Shown here: positions 50,151 to 63,121 of the stretch, piece by piece
Layout of the letters: each line of letters begins with the position of its first letter
How positions within the stretch are numbered: the first letter of the stretch is position 1
Source of the DNA: Candidatus Bathyarchaeota archaeon
GTDB lineage: Archaea; Thermoproteota; Bathyarchaeia; Bathyarchaeales; Bathycorpusculaceae
Direction of reading: 5' to 3'
Length of the DNA stretch: 64,000 nucleotides
Assembly (NCBI GenBank): GCA_963717465.1
Contig: OY970340.1
Span: 2,848,001 to 2,912,000, forward strand
The notes under the pieces: model-generated
What the model saw: the letters and a program-made list of their open reading frames with translations, nothing else
Told to the model about the DNA's origin: nothing
Databases searched by the model: none
Translations under genes and position numbers: made by a program

Positions 50151-51071
50151 ATGGTACTTATAACAAATAAGGATTTAATGGTGCCAGCCAGAAAAAACGG
50201 TTATGCAATAGGTGCATTTAATGTACAAAACCTTGAAAGCATGTCTGCTGTTGTAGAAGCAGCAGTAGAAGAAAAGTCTCCAGCAATTCTACAAATAACG
50301 CCAAGCGCCATCAAATATGCTAATTTAGACTACATTACAAGCTTAGTAAAAACAGCCGCTAAACTTGCTCCCGTGCCATTATCAATGCATCTTGATCATG
50401 GAGATGACTATGACATAGCAGAAAAATGTGTGAATGCAGGTTTTACTTCCGTGATGATTGACGGGTCATTTCTCAAGTTTGAAGAAAACATCGAACTTAC
50501 CAAACGAGTTGTAAAGGTTGCTCATCTAAAAGGGGTTTCAGTTGAAGCTGAACTTGGAAGACTCGCTGGAGTCGAAGAACGTAGCGTTGAAGAAAAAGAA
50601 GCCATCCTAACCGACCCGCAAAACGCGGTGGAATTCGTAAGTAGAACAGACGTTGATGCACTGGCTGTTGCAATCGGCACTTCGCATGGTGCTTACAAGT
50701 TTAAAAGCCAAGCGAAACTTGACCTGGAAAGACTAAAAATTATCAGCCAAAAAATAAGTATTCCACTTGTACTTCATGGCGCCTCAAGTGTACCCGCTTG
50801 GACGCTGGAAAAAGCAACCAAGTACGGTGCAGTATTAGATGGAGCCAAGGGAGTTTCAGAAGACCAGATTACCCAAGCAATCAAGCTAGGCATAGCAAAA
50901 ATTAATATCGACACTGATCTGCGTTTAGCTTTTACAGGGGCAATTCGTGAAGTTTTGGTTAATTCGCCGAAAGAATTTGATCCAAGAAAAATACTGGGTC
51001 CAGCTAAGGACGCAATGAAGCAGATCGTTAAAGGAAAAATGGTTCTGTTCGGTAGCTCAGGAAAAGCTTGA
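50151..51071 (+). CDS. fba: Class II fructose-1,6-bisphosphate aldolase
   Basis: HLDHG, SVMIDGS, VEAELG, GTSHG, LVLHGAS and KINIDTD motifs. Confidence 0.95.
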   Translation: MVLITNKDLMVPARKNGYAIGAFNVQNLESMSAVVEAAVEEKSPAILQITPSAIKYANLDYITSLVKTAAKLAPVPLSMHLDHGDDYDIAEKCVNAGFTSVMIDGSFLKFEENIELTKRVVKVAHLKGVSVEAELGRLAGVEERSVEEKEAILTDPQNAVEFVSRTDVDALAVAIGTSHGAYKFKSQAKLDLERLKIISQKISIPLVLHGASSVPAWTLEKATKYGAVLDGAKGVSEDQITQAIKLGIAKINIDTDLRLAFTGAIREVLVNSPKEFDPRKILGPAKDAMKQIVKGKMVLFGSSGKA

Positions 51072-51121
51072 GCCACCGCTGATTTTTTTGTTTTTGCAGC
51101 TTCCACTATTTTGCGTTAAGA

Positions 51122-52401
51122 TTATTTTCCAAGGATTTTCATGAGTTTAGGCATTAACTCGTAACCGTGCTCTAAGACTCCTAAGCTTCCTTTTGCGCAT
51201 GCCTTTTCAGAGAATTTGGTCTGCGTTTTCACCTTTGATTTTGTCGCCTGAAATTAAGACTGGAACTGGCGTGTCACTGTGCACTTTTAAGTCGCAGGGA
51301 GTAGCGTGATCAGTTGTTACACAGATGACCGTGTCTTTTAGCGATATTTTTGGTAGGAGTTCTCCGAAGAAGTATTTGTCAATTGCTGAAATTACTTGAG
51401 TTTTTAGTTTACAGTTGCCATCATGCCCGGGCTCATCTGGACCTTTGAGGTGAATGTAGAAGGCGTCGTGTTTAGGTAACGCTTCAAGTAACTTTTCAAC
51501 CCTAACTTCGCAGTCTTTTTTAAGGTCACCAGTTGGTGGTGGAAGAAGAGTTGAATCCATTCCAGCTAATTTGGCTATGCCACGTTCAGCGTGCATGTCA
51601 GCTAAAGCTGCAAAATTAACGTTGTAACGCTTATTTATGTTGAAGAATTTTGGAAGGGTATCTGACGCGTCTCTTGTCAGAATAACGTTTGCTTTTAGTT
51701 TGCCTTCAGACGCTCGTTTCTTATTTATGGGGTGGTTTTCCCAGAGTTTGTGTGTTTTCTCAATGAACTCGTTCACTAATTCAGCTGAGACTTTGGCAGC
51801 TTCAGTATTCTCGAATGGCTCGCAGGTTTTAAGTTTCATTTCAACGTTTGACTGGGCTACTCCTAAACCATTAACTATGGCGTATGCTGGATCACTGTTT
51901 GTTATTTTGCTTGAAAGAGGCTTCTTTTTGCTTTTTATAACAACTACGGCACGATGTCCAATTGTTGGTTGAAAATCAAAAGTGGCAGGGTACGATTCAA
52001 GTTTCACTTCTTCATTAGCTGCCTTGCTTAATCCAATGGCTTCTTCGTGTAGACAAGCTTCTGGCTACTCGGCGATCAAGAATTTCTTTGCCTTTGCCTA
52101 AAGTCGCAAAATTGCATCTTAGGGCTAAATCGCCGTCTTTCATGCTTAAATCTGCACCAACGGCTTCGATGACTCCTCGGCCAGTGCTATATTTTAGAGG
52201 GTCATATCCTAAGAGTGAAATAACGGCTACATCACTTTCTGGAGCGATTCCTTTTCCAACGGAGTACATTAAGCCTATTTTTCCTGCTTTAGCTAGTGAA
52301 TCTATGTTTGGTGTTTCAGCGGCTTCAAGAGGAGTTTTATCTCCTAATGCTTTAATCGGTAAATCTCCCATGCCGTCTATTGCAACGTAGAGTAACTTCA
52401 A
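51122..52401 (-). CDS. apgM: 2,3-BPG-independent phosphoglycerate mutase, archaeal ApgM type (frameshifted)
   Basis: IDGMGD, TPLEAA, PESD, GRG..EA.G, KGPDEPGHDG and DHATP...HS; indels near 52040 and 51215. Confidence 0.92.
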
Positions 52402-52562
52402 TTTTAGTTTTTCACCTTCAAATAAGAGCTAACTCGCTTATTGATTATTTTAATGTTTGTAAACTGTTATTTTGTGGAGAGAACTTTGCGAATCTCGTTT
52501 TGAGTATCTTGTGGTAAGCCACGCATCATTTTCTGCGTTTAGCCTCTACTGACTCGGTTTAA

Positions 52563-54014
52563 TCAAAGGCTTGCTAAAAACCCTGCGATCACATCTCTGA
52601 TAGATTGAATCAGAGGATACTTTACTTCTGTTGTGGTAAGATTCTCAAGCCGATCAACTCTAAAGTAAATAGGCGGATGCGGATCAAGTCCAAGCCATTC
52701 TTGAACCCGAAATGAGGGTGTTCTTTCGTTTAGTAAGCGTTGAAAACCTATTTTCTCAAGGCTTCCTGCCAAAACTTTAGGTTGGCCAATAACAGTTGCG
52801 GATATCAAATCCGCTCTTGCTTCGAAGAATTTTGCAATGAAGAATATCACTATCATAACACCCCAAAAATAAGCAAAGAACAAGAACGAAGCGAAGAGAA
52901 GCGGAAATAACGGTAATAGAACGTAAAACCTGAAAAGGAATTCGGCTGCGGTTAGGCCGTACAGGATAAGAGGGTCTCGCCCCCGAAGGTGGCCAAATTC
53001 ATGTCCTAAAACGCTTAGAATCTCATTTTCATCCAGCTGAACCAGAAGTCCAGTAGTTATCAAAACTAATCCCCTATTTGGGCTAGGTCCGGATGCAGCA
53101 GCATTGGGAACCATGGTATTTGCTACGACAATCTTGGGTGTTGGAAAATGGAATTTGTCAGAGATTTTTTTAACTAATTCGTAAACGTTTACTTTTTTGA
53201 TTGTTAAATTTTCTAATTGGCATGGCACGCCGTGTTTAGTAAAGAGTTCGTGCGCTTTTTGAGAATCGATTTCTCCGTGACCTGCTATTACTGCATTGTA
53301 TATTTCCTGTTTAATTGAAATTAATTGTTCTCGACTGTAAGTTTTTTTGAATTCAGCTATGTTTTCCGCTATTGGCAAATAGAATTCAAGTAAATGGATT
53401 GTTGGATTTGACTCAGTTATTTCCCAGTCTGCTGATCTGCCTATGAACTTGTTAGCGTAGAATACGAAAACAAATTGTATTCCGATAAGAATCAAGGGTG
53501 CAACCCAGAATGATGCTGGATAAATTGTAGCGAGCACGATGAAGATTAATGTTCCAAAAATGATGAAAATTGCGAAAAATAGAATTTGAGTTTCAAGAAA
53601 GAAACGATTCAATGATTTCTCAGGTTTTTTGAATGCTTCTGGGATTATTTTTTCTCCTTCTCTCCAAGTGCAATACATCGTTGCTTTCCTTGCGTTTTCT
53701 TCAAACATTTGTAGAGCAATTACAATGTCTTGTTTTGCTTCATCAATCATGGTTTTGGTGACTGACGCATCAAGCGGAGTGACTTTTGCTTCTATTGGCT
53801 TTTGGTTTTTAACTTCAACTTGGAGCAACTGTTTTCCTTGCGTATTGATTATATTATAGATTAAAGAGTCAACTTCATTGGTTTTTTGGCGAGAAAAACT
53901 CGTGAACCGCAAGTTTTGAGGGAGCAAATAATGATTGTAGAAGTAGTCTAGAAATTTTTCTACGTAACCAGATGGAACATTAATTCTAAGCTGAAAAAAA
54001 GTAGACTCGCCCAT
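52563..54014 (-). CDS. M48 (HtpX/Ste24-like) membrane zinc protease with long N-terminal extension
   Basis: PNAAASG, ITTGLL, HEFGH, EARAD and HPP..R motifs. Confidence 0.88.
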   Translation of the reverse strand: MGESTFFQLRINVPSGYVEKFLDYFYNHYLLPQNLRFTSFSRQKTNEVDSLIYNIINTQGKQLLQVEVKNQKPIEAKVTPLDASVTKTMIDEAKQDIVIALQMFEENARKATMYCTWREGEKIIPEAFKKPEKSLNRFFLETQILFFAIFIIFGTLIFIVLATIYPASFWVAPLILIGIQFVFVFYANKFIGRSADWEITESNPTIHLLEFYLPIAENIAEFKKTYSREQLISIKQEIYNAVIAGHGEIDSQKAHELFTKHGVPCQLENLTIKKVNVYELVKKISDKFHFPTPKIVVANTMVPNAAASGPSPNRGLVLITTGLLVQLDENEILSVLGHEFGHLRGRDPLILYGLTAAEFLFRFYVLLPLFPLLFASFLFFAYFWGVMIVIFFIAKFFEARADLISATVIGQPKVLAGSLEKIGFQRLLNERTPSFRVQEWLGLDPHPPIYFRVDRLENLTTTEVKYPLIQSIRDVIAGFLASL

Positions 54015-54253
54015 AATTTTTTCAAAACCTTAAATCGTAAAAAACAGTGAAACAGCTACTGCTACTCATAGCTGCACATACAGACTATTATTAATCCTTA
54101 TTATAACCATTGAGGTGACGACTGAGCGCCTAAAAGGGCGAGCACTTTCTGCCTTGTTTCATCCAATGAGAACTCTTTTGGCAGGATTTGTTTTCTCTCA
54201 TTTTTGATTGTAAATCTATAAATAGCGTTTGCTTATAAACAGTTAAGTAATTA

Positions 54254-55511
54254 ATGGTGACGTTTTTGAGAATCGCATTTTTCGTTTGGGAGTACCCTCC
54301 ACTGCTAGTGGGTGGATTGGGAACTTACGCCGAGTATATAACGCATGAACTGGTTGAACTTGGTCACGACGTTACAGTCTTCACATTGAACAATAATGGT
54401 TTAAAGACGCATGAAATAATGCGCGGTGTAGAAGTGCATAGGCCGCAAATAGCTGATGCAAGTAACGTTTGGCCCTTCTTTGTAATTGATGATTTGAAGA
54501 AGTGGGGTACTAACCTTAAACTTTTCAACGATATTTTCATCTATAATATTTTGAGCTCAACAAAATTCATAAACGGGTTGATTAAAAAAGAGAAATATAA
54601 ATTTGATGTTGCTTGCGTTCACGATTGGCTAAGCAGCATTACAGGATTAATTATAAAAAACGAAATTGACATTCCAGTGATTTTTCACGTTCACAGTACT
54701 GAATGGGGCAGAAGTGGCGGCCAAGGATCAGAAGTTGTTTCACATTTCGAGCGGTCTATGGCTCAAAATGCAGATAGAATAATAACCGTTAGTTACGCAA
54801 TGCAGGAAGACCTTGTAAAACACGGTTGGCCTCAATCAAAAATTAGCGTTGTTTGGAACGGTGTTGATGCAAAAACGTACGATCCAATTAAGGTCAGCAA
54901 GGAAGATGTCGCCGCTATTCGCAAAAAGTATGGATATTGCCAACGATTGCAATATGCTGCTTTTTGTAGGGCGACTTACATGGGTTAAAGGCGTTCGGAA
55001 CATTCTTCAAGCGATGCCGCTAGTTCTTAAAGAGTACCCTAATACTAAACTTGTCATTTTAGGCAAAGGAGAAGAGCAAGCGGATATTGTGCAAACGTCT
55101 GAGCGCTTAAACATTAAGGATAACGTTGTTTACCGCTTTGACTTTGTCTCCGAAAAAGAGCGAATTCTCCATTATGCAGCTGCTGACGCATGTGTTTTTC
55201 CTTCAATTTACGAGCCCTTCGGAATTGTAAGTTTAGAGGCGATGGCTATGGAGAAACCCATAGTGGTCGGCGCCAGAGGAGTTGTAGGCTTCAAGGAGCA
55301 AGTGGTAAGTTCAGGCCCTGACCAAAGTGGCGTGCATGTTAACGGTGATGACCCAGCAGATATTGCGTGGGGCATAATGCAGATACTTCGAAACCCAGAA
55401 AAAGCTAGAAACTGGGGTGAGAACGGACGAAAAAGAGTGCTGGAGTATTTTACTTGGAATAAAGTGGCTCAGGAAACAGTGAGAATTTATGAGTCACTAT
55501 TGAAAGTTTAA
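54254..55511 (+). CDS. Glycosyltransferase family 4 (glycogen synthase-like), frameshift near 54934
   Basis: WEYPP..VGGLG, VHDW, HSTE.GR, FVGRL and YEPFGIVSLEAMA motifs. Confidence 0.9.
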
Positions 55512-56473
55512 GTTGAAAGCATATCTGCGATTTCGAGCATTTTTAAATCGAGGGTTTTTTGTTTTTCAGCGGCCTCTTTTAGATCAATGCTTGTGATCGC
55601 TCCTTTCTGCAGCACCACGGCTCTGTTGCCTTTTTCTTCGCAAATAAGTTCAACTGCTTTGTTAGCGAATAAACTGGCAAGTAAACGGCTGCGTGCTGTT
55701 GGGCTTCCACCGCGTTGAGCGTAACCGAGAATGGATAGTCTAACTTCTGATGCGGTTTGTTGTTGAAGGTCCTGTGCAATTTTGCTCGTGTCACCAACAC
55801 CTTCTGCTGCGACTATTACTCCTGCTCTTTTTCCTTTCTTGGCGTTGGTATCCATTATGCGGATTATGTCTTGAAGTTTAAGCGGATTTTCAGGAATCAG
55901 AATTATTTCTGCTCCAACCGATATGCCCACTTGCAAGGCTAAGAACCCGCGTTTTCTACCCATAACCTCCACGATAAATATGCGTTCATGAGAGATCGCT
56001 GTATCTCTGATTTTGTCTATGGCTTGCACCGCCGTGTTAACAGCTGTGTCAAACCCTATCGTTTCATCTGTTCCGTAAACATCATTGTCAATTGTCGCTG
56101 GAACCCCAATCATTAAGGCGTTACTTTTCTTGCTTAGATCTAAGGCACCTTTAAATGAGCCATCACCACCGATAACTACCAAGCTGTCAACATTATTCCT
56201 GCGAAGAACTTCTGCTGCGCGTACGATGCCTTCTTCTGTTTCGAAAGCTTTGCATCGAAGCGTATGAAGCATTGTGCCGCCTAACTGTATGATTCCGCCT
56301 ACGTTGCGAGGGGTCAACTTCATGAACGAGTCAGTTAATAATCCATCCCAGCCGCGCTGGAAACCAAGCACTTGATGACCTTTCGCATGGCCAATCCTTG
56401 TGACGGCGCGGATAGCCGCATTCATCCCCGGAGCATCGCCACCTGAAGTAACTATTCCAATCGTCTTTGCCAA
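55508..56473 (-). CDS. pfkA: ATP-dependent 6-phosphofructokinase
   Basis: TSGGDAPGMNAA, GGDGS, PATIDND, EVMGR and LGYAQRGG motifs. Confidence 0.93.
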   Translation of the reverse strand: MAKTIGIVTSGGDAPGMNAAIRAVTRIGHAKGHQVLGFQRGWDGLLTDSFMKLTPRNVGGIIQLGGTMLHTLRCKAFETEEGIVRAAEVLRRNNVDSLVVIGGDGSFKGALDLSKKSNALMIGVPATIDNDVYGTDETIGFDTAVNTAVQAIDKIRDTAISHERIFIVEVMGRKRGFLALQVGISVGAEIILIPENPLKLQDIIRIMDTNAKKGKRAGVIVAAEGVGDTSKIAQDLQQQTASEVRLSILGYAQRGGSPTARSRLLASLFANKAVELICEEKGNRAVVLQKGAITSIDLKEAAEKQKTLDLKMLEIADMLST

Positions 56474-56635
56474 CCAGCAAAACCTCTATGCATTTCTAAA
56501 GGCGTATTTAGCTTTTGAAATAAAAACCTATCTCAAATACCATTAACCGGAAGGAGAATCGCTTTTAAGGCATCTGTTTTTGGTGTTAAAATCCAAAACA
56601 CATAAATTCTTTCAATCAACCTTAACTGTTTTTGT

Positions 56636-56789
56636 CGGGAGGTAGCTCAGCCTGGCAGAGCTCTCGAGTCTGCTAACAAGCTTAGCTGATGGAGACGCTG
56701 TAGAGGTCTACCCACGGTGGGCTTCATTCTAGCCTGCACAGGCCACAGTAACCGAGCCGTCGCAGGTTCAAATCCTGCTCTCCCGACCA
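56636..56789 (+). tRNA. tRNA-Tyr(GTA) with two introns (30/31: 56667-56696; 37/38: 56704-56750)
   Basis: C1:G72 with A73 and encoded CCA; D-arm GCTC/GAGC; T-arm GCAGG-TTCAAAT-CCTGC; removing both BHB-bounded introns restores the CTCGG/CCGAG stem and CTGTAGA loop (77 nt). Confidence 0.9.
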
Positions 56790-56869
56790 TATAAAATGAA
56801 ATTAATAACCTGCTCGCTCCATCATGAATTAGGGTTTAGACATTAACGATTAATTTGTTATGTTTGTTT

Positions 56870-57640
56870 TCACAGGTGCTCAAAATAGCTCAGCGCCAGT
56901 TCTATAAGGCAAGAACTGTTTGACCAGATCGCAGATAATTGTGAGTATTCAAGCTTAGGCGTAGTTGTAAGTATTATTATCTCTTTTCTGTCAAAGATTG
57001 CAAAGCAAAGAGATGGTGGTGAGTGAAGGTATTTGATTTGGAAAGAAGGGCTTTTTCGAAGGTTGCGGATTTCTTTTGCTTCAAGGGCTCCTGCAAAGTC
57101 TTCTGTTTTAAGTAGAAAGATTACTTTTCTGCTTAGGGTTTCTTGGATGGTTTCAGAGATAGATTGTTCGCATTGTAGGAAGTTCTTCTTAGGACACAGA
57201 ACGCAAATTTGTTCCTTAGAATTCTCCATAATCTTCTGAAGCTTGGTCGTAATTGCATTTCCGCCAAGTATCAGGGTTAATTGACTCTCTTCCGAGTACT
57301 TAGTGTTCAGGTTCTTTTCTCTCAAAAGCTCAATTAACGCATTTCCTCTTTTGCCCAACTGTAAAGTTTCTTTGTTCCTTCTAAGCATCAGCATATTTAC
57401 AGTGTCCGCTATAGGTAGAGGCTTGTACTTTGTAGGAAACATAACTATTTTTTCGACCATCCCAAGTTCTTGCAAATCTGATAGTGCCCGATAGGTGTCA
57501 GGTCGGGCAACATTTGAAAACTTTGCGACCTCTTTTACCGATGTAGTTCCGAGTTCCAGCAATGCAAGATATGATCTGGCTTGTGATCTTGTGAGCCCGA
57601 AATCCATCATTATTTTGATGTTCTCATCGATTTTATTCAA
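56870..57640 (-). CDS. TrmB-family transcriptional regulator
   Basis: FGLTRSQARSYLAL...ARPDTYRALSDLQELGMVEK; C-terminal FAIFDRKE. Confidence 0.88.
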   Translation of the reverse strand: MNKIDENIKIMMDFGLTRSQARSYLALLELGTTSVKEVAKFSNVARPDTYRALSDLQELGMVEKIVMFPTKYKPLPIADTVNMLMLRRNKETLQLGKRGNALIELLREKNLNTKYSEESQLTLILGGNAITTKLQKIMENSKEQICVLCPKKNFLQCEQSISETIQETLSRKVIFLLKTEDFAGALEAKEIRNLRKSPSFQIKYLHSPPSLCFAIFDRKEIIILTTTPKLEYSQLSAIWSNSSCLIELALSYFEHL

Positions 57641-57815
57641 CTAGGATTAGTTCTCCGTCAGCGTTATTCTGCTTCTTCGCATATTAAGTATATTATATCT
57701 TACGATATATTATAATTATTTAAACCGTCCTCCAAGTTTTGACTTTTTGTGGAAGAATCTCCACCAACAACACCTTATAACCTAAAGAAAAAATAAACGA
57801 CAAGGTGACAACACC

Positions 57816-58679
57816 ATGGCTACTGAGGCGACAAAAAAAGAAAATGGATCCCAGTTGAATGCAGAAAAAAATCAAAGTTTTTCGAAAGTTTTGCTTGTAG
57901 ATGATGACCACGTTTTTTTGAACATATCGAAGGAAATTCTGGAAATGGATGAAAGATTTAAGATTGAAACTGCCACTTCAATCGATGAGGCTTTTAAGAA
58001 GCTCAATCAAACTCATTACGATGTAGTCGTTTCAGACTATGAGATGCCTAGAAAAAATGGCTTGCAGTTTCTTGAAGAACTGAAGAAAAGTGCAAGCAAC
58101 CTCCCTTTCATACTTTTCACTGGCAAAGGAAGAGAGGAAGTGGCGGCCAAGGCGCTGAATCTGGGCGCGTTCAGGTACCTAAACAAGCACGGCGATCCCG
58201 AAACAGTCTACACGGAACTCTCATCATGCATCCAACAAGCTGCAGACCACACAAAAGCGCAAAACCTAATACGCGAGAGTGAAGAACGCTTTCACACACT
58301 CTTTGAAGCATCAAGCGACGCCATCATCGTAATAGATGATGAGGGAATAATAACAGACCTGAACGAGGCTGCTTCGCAAATGTTCAAGTGCACCAAGGAC
58401 ATGATTGGGCAAGGCTTCTTTGAACGTTTCAACGGGAAATTTCCAAAAGCCTCAAAACAAATGGTACTTGAAGGAATCAAGAAATTTGCTGCTGACAACA
58501 AAGGAAAAACTGCCGGAAAGACGATTCAACTGTCTCTTCAACAGGGTACTGACGCAGAGAAGACTATAGAGGTACATGCATCAGTCTTCAAACAAAATAG
58601 TCGCCTATACTCTTTAGCTATAATTCGCGACATAACGGAGCATATAAGAAATCAAAACGAGAAGAAAACAAAAAATTAG
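57816..58679 (+). CDS. Response regulator receiver + PAS domain protein
   Basis: LLVDDD, SDYEMP and PFILFTGKGREEV motifs; one PAS domain; REC closely paralogous to that of the kinase at 6494..9619. Confidence 0.9.
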   Translation: MATEATKKENGSQLNAEKNQSFSKVLLVDDDHVFLNISKEILEMDERFKIETATSIDEAFKKLNQTHYDVVVSDYEMPRKNGLQFLEELKKSASNLPFILFTGKGREEVAAKALNLGAFRYLNKHGDPETVYTELSSCIQQAADHTKAQNLIRESEERFHTLFEASSDAIIVIDDEGIITDLNEAASQMFKCTKDMIGQGFFERFNGKFPKASKQMVLEGIKKFAADNKGKTAGKTIQLSLQQGTDAEKTIEVHASVFKQNSRLYSLAIIRDITEHIRNQNEKKTKN

Positions 58680-58905
58680 AGACACCCGTTAAAATTCGCG
58701 TCTTTAGACCTATTCGCCCTCCAAGTTTAAACAAAGCAGTGGTAAAGTCTAAAGCTTAAGCACTGCCAACAAAATAGCTCCGAATTAACAGAAAGCTGTC
58801 AATCGTGTTTTGCGAGCCTGAACGCGAGTTTATGCGGGTGATATCTCCACTCCAGCGGGGGTTCAAATCCCACCCCCTGAAACAATATAAGCAAAACGCC
58901 TGCCT

Positions 58906-59280
58906 TTAATCTCGCCGTGCCAACCTCTTCTTCATGCATTCTTCACAAAAATTGTTCTTGAACCTTCTTTTACGTCTGGGCTGAAATAACTTTCCACAAC
59001 CACTGCACTTTATTTGATTAACCTGTTTGGACTCAAGCAGTCTTAGTCTTCGCTCTATCTCAACTCTAACCTCAGAATCATCAACTGTTTTCAAAGCAGC
59101 AGTTAACAAAAGCTTCGCCTGTTCAACACTATTTTCACCAAAAACTCTTCCAAAACCAGTCTCACTCTTCCCTTTTCGAACTTCCATTGGCAACATGCAA
59201 ACAAAATTTGAAGGATAACTCTTAGACTTGCACATATCAATTACCGCAAAGCAAATGCGATTCCTTTGAGAATAATCCAA
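58906..59280 (-). CDS. Hypothetical protein ('YPxNFVC' family) with C-terminal zinc finger
   Basis: Paralog of 17114..17416; carries an extra CSGC...CEEC. Confidence 0.7.
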   Translation of the reverse strand: MDYSQRNRICFAVIDMCKSKSYPSNFVCMLPMEVRKGKSETGFGRVFGENSVEQAKLLLTAALKTVDDSEVRVEIERRLRLLESKQVNQIKCSGCGKLFQPRRKRRFKNNFCEECMKKRLARRD

Positions 59281-59843
59281 AAATCCTCCCGCTTAATAAT
59301 ATGCAACTTAAAGTCCATTTCAATCAACGCTTAGAACTAAAAGAATAAAGAGTGCAACCTAATAATTGTAACCTATTGATTTTTCAAAAAATATATTGTC
59401 TGGTTTGAAACTTGTTACTCGAATCTTACCACAAATTGAAGTTGGTAACTTGTTCGGCATGCACATTAGCCTTAGGCAGCATAAAAAAAAGAAGCAAATG
59501 TGGCATTTATCGACAGCAGATAAAACCACCACGAATAGGCTTTCCGCGACATCACAAGAATAACCTTAGAACCGAGAAAAGGAAAAGCTTCGCCTTGTTA
59601 AAAACAAGAATTGATTAACAAAAACATGTCAATTGTGTCTTGACGGTTTAAACGACGATGCGTCACTAGCTCTCCCGATCACATAGTCAAAAAAGCATTT
59701 TGGCACTTAACCTTTAAATTAATCCTATTTGCCTTAAATTCTCGTCACTTTGAAAAATAATTTGAATTTTGGGAATAATTACACGTCACATCAGATTAGC
59801 ATTGCTTTGAAAGTGTAATATTGGATGCTCTTTTTTTATTTAC

Positions 59844-60461
59844 TTACCTCAACTCGAATCCAACTATGAATATAGCGGCCTGCGGGTTAGTGAGATCAAT
59901 CGTATCCTTGAATTGTTCTTTCAAGAAATTGAAAACTGGCGCTGAGGGTATAGAAACAAAGTGATCTTTTATCTTCTCGATTCTTGCTAACTGCTCGTTT
60001 TTGATGCCTTTGAAAAGGAAATAAGTCTTGCCGCTGCAAAAAGTCGCACGGTTGATTCTCGCGCTTCGCTTCATTACAAGAAAATCGCTCAGCACAACGT
60101 ATCCCTTGTCCTGCTTGTACTTGTCGATAACAATCGGGTCTTGCGTGCCAAAGCCAACTACCTCGTCATCGTTAATCAGCTGCATCAACTCCGATTTCAG
60201 ATCATTGGTCAATTTAAAACTGGCGTCAACAAAGATTCCAAACACCTTACTGTAACTCAATGACTTTTTCAAACCTTCGTTTCTTCCACGGCCTATGCCA
60301 CCTAAAATGTGCTGCATCGCCTCTTCCTCAATACAGGATAGGGTATTGCACTGTGCAGAGGTTAATTCGGCAACGCCTATAACGCCCTTGATATTCTCCA
60401 TTTGAGATTTGACGCCTCTTACTGTATCCCTCTCGTTGATGTTTGCATCATTTATCGGCAT
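59844..60461 (-). CDS. Hypothetical protein
   Basis: 205-aa ORF with GAGG RBS-like site; no recognised motif. Confidence 0.65.
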   Translation of the reverse strand: MPINDANINERDTVRGVKSQMENIKGVIGVAELTSAQCNTLSCIEEEAMQHILGGIGRGRNEGLKKSLSYSKVFGIFVDASFKLTNDLKSELMQLINDDEVVGFGTQDPIVIDKYKQDKGYVVLSDFLVMKRSARINRATFCSGKTYFLFKGIKNEQLARIEKIKDHFVSIPSAPVFNFLKEQFKDTIDLTNPQAAIFIVGFELR

Positions 60462-60636
60462 TTCAGTTGCCTCGACAAGAACAACAAGAACAATGGCTAT
60501 AGAAGTCTCTTAACCTTTCTGGGGTAACATCAACATAGCGATAGAATTCAAAAGATTACCAAAAATTAGGATTTATTTTAATCCCATGGATTTGCAGAAA
60601 AAAGGGAAAAAACGAGCGAGACGAACAGCGCGATGA

Positions 60637-62853
<2,217 letters not shown>

Positions 62854-63121
62854 TTAAATGTTAAGTTTCAACGGCTTGAATGCCCGATTGGAGAAAAGAA
62901 ATCGAAGATTATTATTCAATAAACCTTTGACTTAGAACTGAACAAAGAACAATTCATCCTTAAAAACAGGTTTTGCAGGTGGTATTCCCCCATGACCTGA
63001 GCACAAATTTAAACGATCGTTGATTTGATTTTACCTTAACATTTAGCTATAAATTGTGTAAAGTTGGATTGAATGGCTATGCGAAGCTTACTCTTCCGGT
63101 CATAAAGTTTGAAAAGAATTA

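Noticed and set aside
54110..54210. Two small hairpins between the M48 protease and GT4
   Set aside because: Stems of only 5-7 bp with no recognisable RNA family; could be chance.
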